A stretch of DNA of 64,000 nt from positions 62,001 to 126,000 of the forward strand of contig OZ025703.1 in the NCBI GenBank assembly GCA_964019335.1. The letters run 5' to 3'. The translations under genes were made by a program, and so were the position numbers. Positions 8,886 to 19,821 of this stretch are shown in pieces. The notes under the pieces are model-generated. The model was not told the DNA's origin, ran no database searches, and saw nothing but the letters and a program-made list of their open reading frames with translations. Numbering within the stretch: position 1 is the first letter of the stretch; each line of letters opens with the position of its first letter. This DNA comes from Diplonema japonicum (Eukaryota; Protista; Euglenozoa: Diplonemea).

Positions 8886-11336
8886 ATGTTGTTTGCAAGC
8901 AGAAAAGGGATCGGGGGCAACACTGGAAGGACGAAGCAGAAACGACCGGTATCTGCGACGATCCGCCGTGACAAGACTGGGAACAATGCTGGGCAGAGTG
9001 CAAAGCTGCGGCCTCAGACTGCAACAGGGCGGAGGGGGTCAGCAGGCGATGTACAAGCGCTGAGGCGAACGCTTCTGGGGCTGTTGAAAGAGCTGAAGTT
9101 GAACAGTGAAGACTCCTACGCACACTGGGTCCCTCCAGGAGGGGAAGGTGAGGTCGCACAGCTCAACCAGAACATCAGCAGTCTGCTGCAAGTACGAACG
9201 CTTGTCCTTGGCATCATCAAAAAGATCGAGGCAGGTGCCACCTCAGTCGCAGCAGACATCGACGCCTGGCGCGCTGCCCTCCCCTCAAAGGAGCCTCGTA
9301 AGTTCTTCTGGAAAGGCCAAGAGTACGGTGCTCCACCGCCACCGCCACCATCCCCCCCACCTCCTGCACCCGCCCTGCTTCAGCCTAGAGACGAAGCAGC
9401 CCTCCAACAAGCCGACGAAGACCGCCTCCGCGCCCAGCACCTCAACACAATCCTTATCCAGTCCTGGTACAGGGGTACTATAGGCAGACGGCGTGCTGTT
9501 TACATGAAAATGCGTGTCCAGGCCGCTGTCAAAATACAAGCCTTCACACGCATGCGGCTCGGCAGGAAGAAGGCGGTGTGGTGGCGCGACACTAACAGAG
9601 TCGCCGTCACAATCCAGCGGCACTGGCGGGGACACCGTGACAGGAGGATGCTCTCGCGGCACGGAAAAGCTGTCAACAGTGCAGTGAAGATACAAGCTGT
9701 ATGGCGTGGGTACGCCACAAGGGCTGCCTACTCAGTACTGACCCTGGAGAAGGCTGTGGTGCGGCATACCACTGGATGCATCGTGAAGTGCTGGAGGTCG
9801 TACAAGTGGCGGCAGCGGAGCAAGGTGTACACACACAGAAAACGTGCGGCGACGAAGATATCGTCTCTCTTCAAAGGGTTCTTGGCAAGGAGGGACTTCA
9901 GGAACATAAAGCTGCAGAAGCATTGCTACGACATATCGCGGAGCAGGGCTACCGTGTCGCCGTCACTGAGCAGCGAAGACAGGCCCCCACTCCCCTCGCC
10001 TGTGAGCGAGCTGGGGGACATGTTCAGCATAACGTCAAAGGGGAAGGAGAAGGGGCCGTTCGTACCCAGCAAGATCCTTTACACTGCGTCGTTCACGGAG
10101 CAGATTGACGAGGGTGAATGGTTGGTGCTCCCTCCGGCTCCTGAAGAGTCCCGCCCCCAACCCCACCCCGCACCCTCGTCCCCTCACTCAGAGGCCCCGT
10201 TTCAAAATGCTGGGCTGTGGCGGCCGGTCGTCGCTTCTGCGTCCCCGCTGCCTAGCAAACATGCTGAACCTGTCGAGATACAAGAGGTGGTGTCTTGTGA
10301 GGTGGACCGGTCTTCCTTTGCTGCGAACATCCAAAGGTGGTACCGATGCTGCAGGGCAAGGAGGAGGTCGAAGGAGCTGCGCACCAAGCGCCAGATCGCT
10401 GTTCTGAACACCGAGGCGGCGGAGAGGAGGCAGCATGCTGCACAGATCATCCAACGAGCGCATAGAAGACACAGGTCATGGATTCACACCAGGAGCATGG
10501 CATGCTTGGCGATACAGCAATGGTGGCGGGGGGTCGGGGACACAAGATGCAGACCACACCACCACGAGGACCTGATGATAGAGGAGGAATTCGAGACTCA
10601 CTGGGTGCGCAAAGATGCAGTGTTGCGGATCGAGAGAAAGTGGCGGGCCGTGCTGTGGAGGAGGGTGCAGGAGGCCGCGTGGATCGACGCGGTTCTAGCG
10701 TCAGAGGAAAAGTTGCATCAAGTGAAGGCCATCCAAGAGTGGTGGAGGTTGGTTATAAAAATCGAGAGCTCTGCCGTTCGGCGGGCAAACTTCCTAGAGC
10801 GGATAGACATCTTGAAAAAGAAGAAAAGCATCGAGAACGATGCCGTGACGGTGATCCAGGCAGTGTGGAAGGGCTGCATGCACAGACGGCGCAACCAGTC
10901 CATGATGGCGAAGTGCCATGCTGTGCGTGTGCGTGCTGAGTTGCGCATAGATGCTGCTGTAGCAATACAAGGCTTGTGGCGGAAGCACTACTTCAGAAAG
11001 GCCTTGCGCAGCAAACAGTCAGCCAGGAGGAACCACCTCAAGGCCATCCGAGACTCAGAAGAGCTCACGGAAAACATCATCAGGATACAGGCCCTCATGA
11101 GGGGACACCTTGCGCGCAAATCGCACGCCCTCCACAAGCTCATGCAAGATCACATACAGAAGACTGCAGCCATCCTCATTCAGAAGACCACACGTGGCCA
11201 CCTCACGCGCTTGAGGTACACGCGATACAAGCAGCACACAGCAGAGGCCCACGCCGCCTACCTTGCCTCTCTCAAGGATTCCCTCCTCGAGGGATGGCCA
11301 TCAGACTTCCCTTACCCCTTAGACTGCAAGGATTAG
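8886..11336 (+). CDS. Multi-IQ-motif calmodulin-binding protein
   Basis: More than 10 IQxxxRGxxxR motifs (IQSWYRG, IQRHWRG, IQAVWRG, IQALMRG, IQKTTRG). First ATG after the poly-A run is at 8886, in frame with ORF 8733..11336. Confidence 0.85.
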   Translation: MLFASRKGIGGNTGRTKQKRPVSATIRRDKTGNNAGQSAKLRPQTATGRRGSAGDVQALRRTLLGLLKELKLNSEDSYAHWVPPGGEGEVAQLNQNISSLLQVRTLVLGIIKKIEAGATSVAADIDAWRAALPSKEPRKFFWKGQEYGAPPPPPPSPPPPAPALLQPRDEAALQQADEDRLRAQHLNTILIQSWYRGTIGRRRAVYMKMRVQAAVKIQAFTRMRLGRKKAVWWRDTNRVAVTIQRHWRGHRDRRMLSRHGKAVNSAVKIQAVWRGYATRAAYSVLTLEKAVVRHTTGCIVKCWRSYKWRQRSKVYTHRKRAATKISSLFKGFLARRDFRNIKLQKHCYDISRSRATVSPSLSSEDRPPLPSPVSELGDMFSITSKGKEKGPFVPSKILYTASFTEQIDEGEWLVLPPAPEESRPQPHPAPSSPHSEAPFQNAGLWRPVVASASPLPSKHAEPVEIQEVVSCEVDRSSFAANIQRWYRCCRARRRSKELRTKRQIAVLNTEAAERRQHAAQIIQRAHRRHRSWIHTRSMACLAIQQWWRGVGDTRCRPHHHEDLMIEEEFETHWVRKDAVLRIERKWRAVLWRRVQEAAWIDAVLASEEKLHQVKAIQEWWRLVIKIESSAVRRANFLERIDILKKKKSIENDAVTVIQAVWKGCMHRRRNQSMMAKCHAVRVRAELRIDAAVAIQGLWRKHYFRKALRSKQSARRNHLKAIRDSEELTENIIRIQALMRGHLARKSHALHKLMQDHIQKTAAILIQKTTRGHLTRLRYTRYKQHTAEAHAAYLASLKDSLLEGWPSDFPYPLDCKD

Positions 11337-11439
11337 TTTTGCTTCTTTATTTTTATTGGTCTTTATCTTCTTTACACAAGATATTATTTATTTTCTCTTA
11401 TAACTAGTTGTATAATACAAAAAAAAAAGTATTTGCTCA

Positions 11440-11460
11440 CACCCCTTTTTTTTTTTCTAG
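11440..11460 (+). promoter_or_regulatory. Putative trans-splice acceptor (pyrimidine tract + AG); one example of many
   Basis: CCCCTTTTTTTTTTTCTAG, 37 nt upstream of ATG 11498 within a 161-nt spacer. Confidence 0.5.
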
Positions 11461-11497
11461 CATAGCCTTCGCACCAAGCACCCCGTCACAGTGAACA

Positions 11498-13001
11498 ATG
11501 GAGAGGCGCAGGGATCCTTGGAACACGGCCTCACGTGAGGCGTACACGTACGATGAGTTCATGGGCTTCTACGGCCCTGAGGGACACAAGGCATGGAACT
11601 TGGCGAGGCCGCGTTCGAGGTTCTGGGTGGGCCAGTCTGTAGTAGCCATCACATCGCTGAAGGGTGAGGAAGGGCAGACTGTGAACAAGGGCGACTTCGG
11701 GAAGGTAACGGGTGTGCCTGGGCCCAACAGCAACATCGACCCCGGTGCCATTGCGGAGGTCTTGATAAACGGCGTGCGCTTTGACGCAAAGCCCGACATG
11801 GTCGAGCCTGCACAGGGCGGCAAGCCGCAAGAACGCGGTCCACCCACAGACAGGGTATGCGCCACATATTATGTATCGCAACAAAAAACAGGTTCGCACT
11901 GAGCGCCGGTACGACCCCAACGAGCCTGGCCACAAGAAGGCCTACACCAAGGAGGAGTTCCTCGCCGAGTACGGGAAGAAGAAGGGTGAGACACTCTGGG
12001 CTACCGCCGGTGAAGGGAAGGTGTTTCTTTTTCATTCACTTCATCACGCTTCTTAACACAAAATACAGGTCGAGAAGAGGTGCGACCCCAAGGAGCCCGG
12101 GAAGAAGGCGAAGTACTCGAAGAAGGAATTCTTCGACTTCTATGGCGAGAAGGAGGGCCTGACGCTGTGGAAGAAGGCGGCCCCCGCCGAGGGCAGGGGC
12201 GACAGGAGAGGGGAGAGGGTATGGGATTCAAAAAAAAAAAAAAGAAAAAGAAAAACCCATTTAAAAAAAAAGGATGAAAAGCGAACAGACCCCAACGAGA
12301 CCAACGGGAAGAAGTACACGAAGAAGGAGTTCATGGAGCACTACGGAGGGGAGAAGGGGAAGAAGCTGTGGAACGGTGCGGCGAAGGTGGACAAGCGAGC
12401 GGACCCGAACGAGAACAACGGCAAGAAGTACGCAAAGAAGGACTTCGTGAAGCTGTACGGGGAGAAGAAGGGGAACGCGCTGTGGAAGAAGGCAGGGGAA
12501 ACAAAGAGCGTAAAACCCGACAAGATTATAAAGATTGAGATCGAAAGGGGCGAGGATGGTGCCATCGGCTGGTCGAGGGAAGAGCTCAAGATCGTGGAAG
12601 TGGACGAAGAAGGCCCTGCCCAGAAGGCAGGCGTGAAGCCCCTCTTCAAAATCACAAGCGTTTCAGGTAAGCCCGCGACCCCTGAAAACGTGGCCCAGCT
12701 CCTGAAGGACGCAGAGCCTCTTGCGGTCGAATTCGTTGAATTGCGCATAGACTCAACTGACCCTAGGAGGCGAGAGTTCACTCACTCCATGTTCCTTGAG
12801 TACTACGGTGCAGAGAAAGGTGCTGTGATGTGGAAGAAGGCCGGCCAACGCCGCCGTCGTCGCACCAAGAAGGACAAGGACGGTGAGGAAGAATGCGAAG
12901 AGGACGAGGAGGAGACCGCAACCCCTAGCAAGGAGACCAAGGGCAAGGACGAGAAAGACGACGCGAAGGGTGAAGAGAAGGAGGCCGAAGAGGCCAAATA
13001 A
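11498..13001 (+). CDS. Protein with six ~35-aa ExRxDP...Y...EF...YG...W repeats, an SH3-like segment and a PDZ-like domain (4 exons)
   Basis: GT-AG introns 11855-11891, 12021-12068 and 12219-12272 join the ORFs in frame. PDZ-like segment: IGW...IVEVDEEGPAQKAGVKPLFKITSVSG. Confidence 0.8.
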
Positions 13002-13295
13002 ACACACCTTTTTTTTTCTTTTTTTTTTCTATTTTACACTTTAATTTTTTTTGGGGGAGGCTTTGCAGGGGGGGGGGGGGGCGGAAGAAAAAAAAACTTA
13101 TACAACAGCCAACAACAAAAGTGTGTGTTTTTTTCCGGGAAATAGGGGGGGGGGGGGGGGTACTTGTACCAAAAAAAAAGATAAATTTCGGTGTGCGGGT
13201 GGGAGTGCTCACCAAGGGAAAAAAAAAAGAATTAATTACAGACGAAAAAAAAAGCCTTTATTATTTATTTAGAGGGGAAAAGAAAAAGGGGGGGC

Positions 13296-13333
<38 letters not shown>

Positions 13334-13419
13334 CAAGTGTACCACAACAAAAAAAAAAAGTAAACTCTCTCATATTTTTGTTCCCTCTCTCTTTCCACCT
13401 ACCGCCGCTCAGGGGTCAA

Positions 13420-14187
13420 ATGACACGGTATTTAAGGCACCGCAGCAAAAGCGTGTCTAGCGAAACGAGGGGCAGGGTAAAGTGCGATGAATCACAGGCT
13501 GATCAGGAAGTAAACTTGGGTATGAAGTGGAAGGCTGACAAACTTGAGCTCGAAACGAGAATAGTCGAACTGACTGGCGAGGTAGAATTGCTGAAGGCAA
13601 AATGTCACCGACAGCAAGACGAGTGTTCCAACAGCCTACGGAAAGAAAGGTCCGAAAAAGTGGCTTTGGCACACCAAGTAACTCTACAAAGGGAGAAAAC
13701 AAACTACCTTCAAGCAAGGGTCGCGGCAATGGAATTCGCGACCAAAAAAAAATGCGGCGACACTCATTACAAATACCTCACCCGCAATGCCCACATCAGT
13801 GACAAGGTCTCTTATTGCACAGAAACAGAAAGCGAAGAGGAAGACACGGGGGCAGATTCGTCAGCTTCTTCATTTGTCGGGACTGATTTCACTTGCTCTA
13901 CTGAAGAAGACGAGGATGGCATTGCAAGTATCGACCCGTCTCTGCGAGCGGACTTATTTGACCTGTTTACGGAGTACTTGACTTCTCCTACGGCCGACAG
14001 CCTTTCTCCCCAGCAGGTCCAGCTTGCCTGGAGGAGGATGGAACGCACGTTTGGGCTGCCGCCAGAAACCCCACCCTCCCTCCCATCACACACCACACGC
14101 GTCTCTTTTACTATGTTTCTTTCCACGATGGTACAGCTCGCCAAGCGGGTCCGTCAGCTGGAGGGGCAACAGGGACAACCCATATAG
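13420..14187 (+). CDS. Hypothetical coiled-coil protein with possible degenerate EF-hand-like C-terminus
   Basis: ORF 13378..14187, first ATG at 13420; heptad-rich N-terminal half, acidic linker. Confidence 0.6.
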   Translation: MTRYLRHRSKSVSSETRGRVKCDESQADQEVNLGMKWKADKLELETRIVELTGEVELLKAKCHRQQDECSNSLRKERSEKVALAHQVTLQREKTNYLQARVAAMEFATKKKCGDTHYKYLTRNAHISDKVSYCTETESEEEDTGADSSASSFVGTDFTCSTEEDEDGIASIDPSLRADLFDLFTEYLTSPTADSLSPQQVQLAWRRMERTFGLPPETPPSLPSHTTRVSFTMFLSTMVQLAKRVRQLEGQQGQPI

Positions 14188-14218
14188 AAGGGATGAAATG
14201 GAAACATAGGGGAGGAGG

Positions 14219-14255
<37 letters not shown>

Positions 14256-14364
14256 ACTTTTTTTTTGGTGAAAAAAAAAAAAAAAAAACTCTCAAGTTGA
14301 TGTTTCTTCCTTGTCTCCTTTTTTTTTTTCCTTTTTTTTTTCCCCTCTCTAATCTTTCCAAATA

Positions 14365-14501
14365 CTGCGGTCATCATGAGTCATAGTACAGTCAGTACCC
14401 ACAGTCATAATACTGAGGATTTTTTTTTTTGGCGGACACCTGGCTTTTCTCCGGCATAAAGTCACTAAGCCTGGTGAGCTCAATGAAGGTACCTCACGGT
14501 C

Positions 14502-14535
<34 letters not shown>

Positions 14536-15267
14536 ATTTCACTCTTCAGAAATTACTTCACGCACTGGGGGGGCCATTACTTCACGCTAAATCTCATTAC
14601 TTCACGGTGAAATAATGGCCTGTTTTCCGTGAAGTAATAGGGGGTTTCCGTAAATAATATGCCTCGGTAGGCCAATTTTTGCCTCGGTTCGGTTCCCAGT
14701 GGGGCTACTTTTTCCTCTCAGTTTGCTATTTCCCCCCAGGTTCAGCTCAATTGGCCAACTTTTGCCTCGGCTCAGTTCCAAGTTGGACTACTTTTTCCTC
14801 CCAATTTGCCCACTTTTGGCTAGGCCTTGTTCCCAGTTTCTGTGGGTAACTCTTCTGTGGGTAAGGGTAACTTAGTCAGCTTACCCAAGCACCCCAAAAG
14901 ACTTCAAAATACCGAAGCAGCAGAAAAAAAGGAGCCAGCGGCCACGCTAGGTATGGGAAGGCCTGATTAGAGATGGTGACAGTGGCAATGCCAGCGACAG
15001 CGGCAGCTCTTAGTCAACAAAAGGAGGAAAAACAACTTGTATTGTAACCTTTGTAACCCCTCTCTTGTTGTACCCCTTGTCACCCTGTTGTGCCCCTCGT
15101 GGTGAAGTAATTTCAGAGTGTCGTGAAATAAAACCACTTACCTACCGCCAAGTAATGCTTTACCGACCTCGAGGTAACGGTAAAGTCATTACTTGTTGGC
15201 AGTAAATAGCTATTTTTTTTTTTTTTTCCACAGCGGTACTATGACCTACCCCTCTTGATGACTGCAG
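14365..15267. mobile_element. Putative non-autonomous DNA transposon with Crypton-like architecture
   Basis: Imperfect outer inverted repeat CTGC(G/A)GTCATCA...GTCATAGTAC (14365-14389 vs 15236-15267). Repeated ATTACTTCACG/CGTGAAGTAAT motifs (14552-14660, 15102-15131). Internal ~55-bp direct repeat (14670, 14753). Palindrome at 15149-15195. Confidence 0.6.
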
Positions 15268-16055
15268 CCTCTATGCAAATCAGAGAAAACATCGAAACGG
15301 AGCAGAGGCCTTCCGAAAAAAAAAGCTATTTTATTTTAATTTTTTGTTTATTATACCCCCCCCCTGGTCTGTTTCTAATGTTCTCAAAGTTGGCATGAAG
15401 TTCCTTCCCCCCTCCCCTCCCCCCTTTTTTTTCTGTGCCAAATGTATTTTCTAAATTCATATGCATAGCCTCGGCTTTATTTGGCCGGTTGCGGGATGTG
15501 TTTTCTCTGGAATCAGCAAACCCCCTATTCCCTCTTCTTCCACCTTTCTTCTCTTCTATTGTGTGCTTTTAATAAAAGAAAGAAAACCCAAAAAAAAAAA
15601 ATCCAAACTAAAGAAAGAAACCTCCGTCCCCCCCCACCAGGGATTCGCAAAGTAACTTTTCTTTTCTTAGAGAAAAAAATAGCAAAAAAAAAAAAAAAAA
15701 AAAGAAAAAGCGAACTAACTTGCGTGTGGATGGGATTTCCAATTTTTTAACTTACAAAAAGAAAAAAGAACGAATTAATAAACGGGTGACATAATAACAC
15801 CCCCCCCCCCCCCCCCCTTCCCCTCTCCTCTCCCTTCCTTTCCCCTCCTCACCAGCCCACGGCGACTGCAAAAAAAAAAAGTTAAAAAAAGGCCCGACAC
15901 GGTGAGCGTAAGAGATAATTAATTTTTCCCCCCCCCTGATTTTTTTGTCTTTTTTTATTTCCCTTCTATCCCCATTTTTTTCTTTTTTTTTCGATTAAAA
16001 TGTTCCAAAAACAAAAAAAAAACAAAAAGTAAAGACCACCCTCTTGTGTTAATGT

Positions 16056-18309
16056 ATGGGCAGTTGTGTGAGCGGGCAGAAGGTGACCCAAGATAGGGAA
16101 GAGCCGAATGCAAAGCGTCAATCACTGCTGAACGCAGACCGGATCGGAGATGATCCGGAGGGCAATGTGTATTCTCAGGACGAAGACGACGCGTTGCCGG
16201 GGGGGATGGAGAATGAACACCCGAGGAGCCCTATGAAGCAGGCAAAGCAGGTGAAGACAAAAGACAACAGCAGGTGCGTCCACAAGAAGACCGTGCTGGA
16301 CGTGTTCCTCGATCAGAAGAAAGCGACGCCAGCTTCTGAACTCGCGAAGCTGATCGAGCTGTCTCGCTCTCAAGAGTACAACTCCCTGCGGTACGGGACG
16401 GCACCACTCTCTCTCACCTCCCCACACATCGCCGGCATCCTAAATGGCATCAAGAGCAGTATAGACGCTGTCCTGTACCCCATCCTCACCGCCTCCCTGG
16501 ACACTGTCAGAGAGGAGGCCGAGCAAAACGCAGACGATGTCTCTCTTCAGGAGATTTCATCCGCGATCGCTTCTGCTGTCAAAACCCAAATTCCTTCCGA
16601 AACCGCCTTCCAAGCTGGCATTCAAGCCGGGCTGTTCTGTGTTGGCTGGCTGGCCCACGGCACCCCCCGGTACGAGCCTTCCTCCGAGGTCGCTTGCTGT
16701 CACTACACTGACTACTATGTCGCGTCTGTCAACCATCTCTTCTCCTGTACCAAGAACACCCTTGTCCAGCCCAGTGCGGGGCTTATGTCCTCCTACCAAC
16801 TCGACGAAGGCCTAGAACACCTTGCCGTTATACTCCACAAGATGGGTGTCGTGCACTCGGAGTCCAGCTGGCAGGCCGCCCTCCCCATGTTCGCTCTGGA
16901 CGCCATCACCAAAGGCGCGCTGCTGTACATCGAGTGCAACAAGAACCAAAAGCGTCTCTCGCTGAACCCCGTCAGGCGGCATATGGTTATCACCGACGGC
17001 AGTGTCCTCGCCAAGGCAGCTGGCCTTTGGAGCGGCGTGCCTTCAGGCGCGCTGCGGCAGGGGGGGTGGGCCAAGCATGAACGGGTGAAACAAGAGCACC
17101 TGAAAATCTTCCCCGCGTTCGAGGGTTCCGACGGTGTGATCGAGTACGGAGAAGGACACGGCCCGCGGAAGGAGTTGTTCGACTTGATAGCAGCGGCTGT
17201 GACGTCGCCATGGTCGCCGGAAGCGGACCTTGGGAAAAAGTGCAACGGGACGCTGAAGGCAGGATCAGTGACAGCGTTCATCGCAGTGACGGAGGGGCAG
17301 GATGTGACCATCCCTCAGTGGTCGATGCTGGTGTTTGGAACGCCCGACGGGCCTTTCGAAGCAGAGGTGAACAAGACGGAAAGGAACAAGGACGTTCTGA
17401 AAATAACGCTCTCGAAAGAGGCACCTGTGAGCTGCGAGGCGATGCCGCTTGCCTTGAAGCTCCGGGTGACCCCCCTTTTCCAGGGCGATTCCTCGGGATA
17501 CTGGTTCAGGGAAGTGGAGGGACTGGGAATGGCAGAAACCGGGGATTTGACCCAAGACCAGCTGGCCACACTTGACATGTACGGCTTCACAGGCTGGCTC
17601 CTCTCGCAGACTATCGGCAACGGCGTCACCATGAACCTGGCCCTCCCTGTTATATTCTACACGATGCTGAAAGCGTGGCCTAACTGGGACCCCACGCTGC
17701 AGCCACTGTCAGCGTTGGCACCGGACATTGCTGCTTCGCTGTCCGCCATCAAGGCCCTCCCCCATGCTGACTTCAAGGAGGTACTTGAGGTCGATGGTCT
17801 GCCACCTACCTCGAAGGACGAGTACATCCAGAAAAGGATAGTGGACTACCTTAAGAACGATATAAAGAACCAGATGGCAGCCTTTGCGTATGGCTTCTGC
17901 CTTACAGGTGTTAGACAGCTGCCCGCGTTCACAGCGTGCCGTCCCGAGGAACTCCGGTTGGTGCTGCAAGGACGGGGGGACGACGGGGTGGCAGACTTCC
18001 GTTTCCATGAAGAATTTCATATTCTAGAGAGCCAGGACTTCAGAGAAGGCGAGCACAACAAGGTGTTCAAAGAGGTGCTGTGGGAGGTTATCGAGAGCGG
18101 GCTGGGGGCAGAGAAGGGACAGGTGGTATGCTACATGATGTGGAAGAAAGAAACAACACAACATCACAGGCGGTGAGAAAGAGACAGTTTGTGAAGTTCC
18201 TAACAGGGCGGCACATGCTGCCCGCCCACCCGAGACAGGAAACGCTAAGCATCGTAGTACCCTACACCATGCTGGCAGCGAAGGAATTCACAGCATAGTA
18301 CGTTATCCA

Positions 18310-18340
<31 letters not shown>

Positions 18341-19114
18341 TGACGCGATTACCCGCTTCGCACACATGCGACAATACACTGGAGATACCCAACTACATGG
18401 AGTCGTTGCTGTTCAGGCCGTCGTCTATATGGTACAAGAAGGCGGGGGTCAAGGTGGGTGACACAATCACCTTTCAATTGAAAGGATCCTGCTGGGGTGT
18501 GCTCAATGCCAGTGAACAGGCGCAGATAAGGAAGGAGCTCACAGGTGTCCTGCAGGACAAGCTGACCACCGCCGTCCTGAACTCTGACAGCTACGAACTA
18601 GACTTTATCGACCAAGAGTCTGAGGCCAAGGGTTCGCCTTACGTCCCACCTGCTTTGGCTCCAACACCTCCTCTCGAGGAAGAAGATACAGTCGAAGAAG
18701 AGAAAGAGGAAGAAGAAGATAAGATTGAAGAGGAGAAGGTGGAGAAAGTAGAGTCAACCCGTGAGGTGACACCTGAACCCTCCCCGCCTCTGAAGCCCCT
18801 ACTGACTCCTTTTAGAAGGCTAAGCACGCCAGGATCCCGTCCTGTGCCTCTTCCCATTCAGAAGTTTAGCATGTTGGAAGATACCCAAGGGGCCGCGTGC
18901 AAGCCATTGTCGGAGATGAAAGTTGCTAAGAAGCCTTTTGTTGATATCACGTCCGGCGATAACCTGCATGTGACTAAGGTGTGTGAGGGAGAGAAGATCG
19001 GGTTTTAAAAAAAAAAAAAAAAAAATACAGCAAAGCGCAGTTACAGACACAGGTGACCCCTGGGACACGGAAGACCTTGATGCTCTTCTTAAGAAGTTGC
19101 AGGAAAACTTTTGA
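16056..19114 (+). CDS. HECT-domain E3 ubiquitin ligase with N-terminal MGSC acylation motif (4 exons)
   Basis: Introns 18126-18169, 18298-18338 and 18979-19030. HECT motifs GEGHGPRKELF, FVKFLTG and catalytic RLPASHTCDNTLEIPNY. Confidence 0.88.
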
Positions 19115-19821
19115 AAAAAAATTTAAAAAAAAAAAAAAAGAGTGAAAATAAGTTTTAAAAATTGTGAGGGTGCGGAAATAGAACGCAGTCCCTATCCATC
19201 CAAAGTTCTCAAATGTTTAATATATAGTTGTGATAGAAAAAAAAAAAGAGGTGGGAACAGGGGACGACTGGGAAAAAACCTTCGAATCAAAAAAGGAAAA
19301 AAGAAAGGGGGGGGTAACTGATGACAGGTTTGGGAAAATAATTCAATTTTTATTCCCTTACTGTCGAGGTCCCCCCCCCTCTCACTCCACACTTACCTTG
19401 CCCATTTCTTTTTCTTTCCCCTTTTTTTGAATGGTTTTAAAAGTAAATAATGAATATTGCGAGCCCATGTTAAGTTCTACTCTTTTTATTCTATGGTTTT
19501 TTTTTTCTCGTTTGGCAGGGCCGTTGTCACTTCTTCACCATAAGTAACCCCCCCCCCCCCCCCCCCCCGACCTCTCTTATATCCTTTTCTTATTGTGTCT
19601 ATTTCCTTATAATTTGTTATTCTTTTTTTTTGTTGTTCTGGTAAGTGTTTCCCCTCTGAAATGAAAACAAAAAAAAAAATGCGCAGGAAAAGGAGGGAGG
19701 AAGGGAGAAAAAAAAAAAAAAACTTAGGCTAGAATAGCATGTGGTAGACAGAAAGTTCTATTTTTTTCAAAAAAAAAAAATCTGAGAGAAAAAAAAGGAA
19801 GAAAAAAAACTTCTTCGTGTA

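Noticed and set aside
14552-14660. CRISPR-like short repeats
   Set aside because: Repeats are about 11 bp, in mixed orientation and irregularly spaced; eukaryotic context and no cas genes
18296-18298. Apparent in-frame stops or frameshifts splitting HECT, SAC3, kinesin and other genes (stop-codon reassignment or readthrough?)
   Set aside because: All are resolved by short canonical GT-AG introns; no need for a variant code or non-canonical introns
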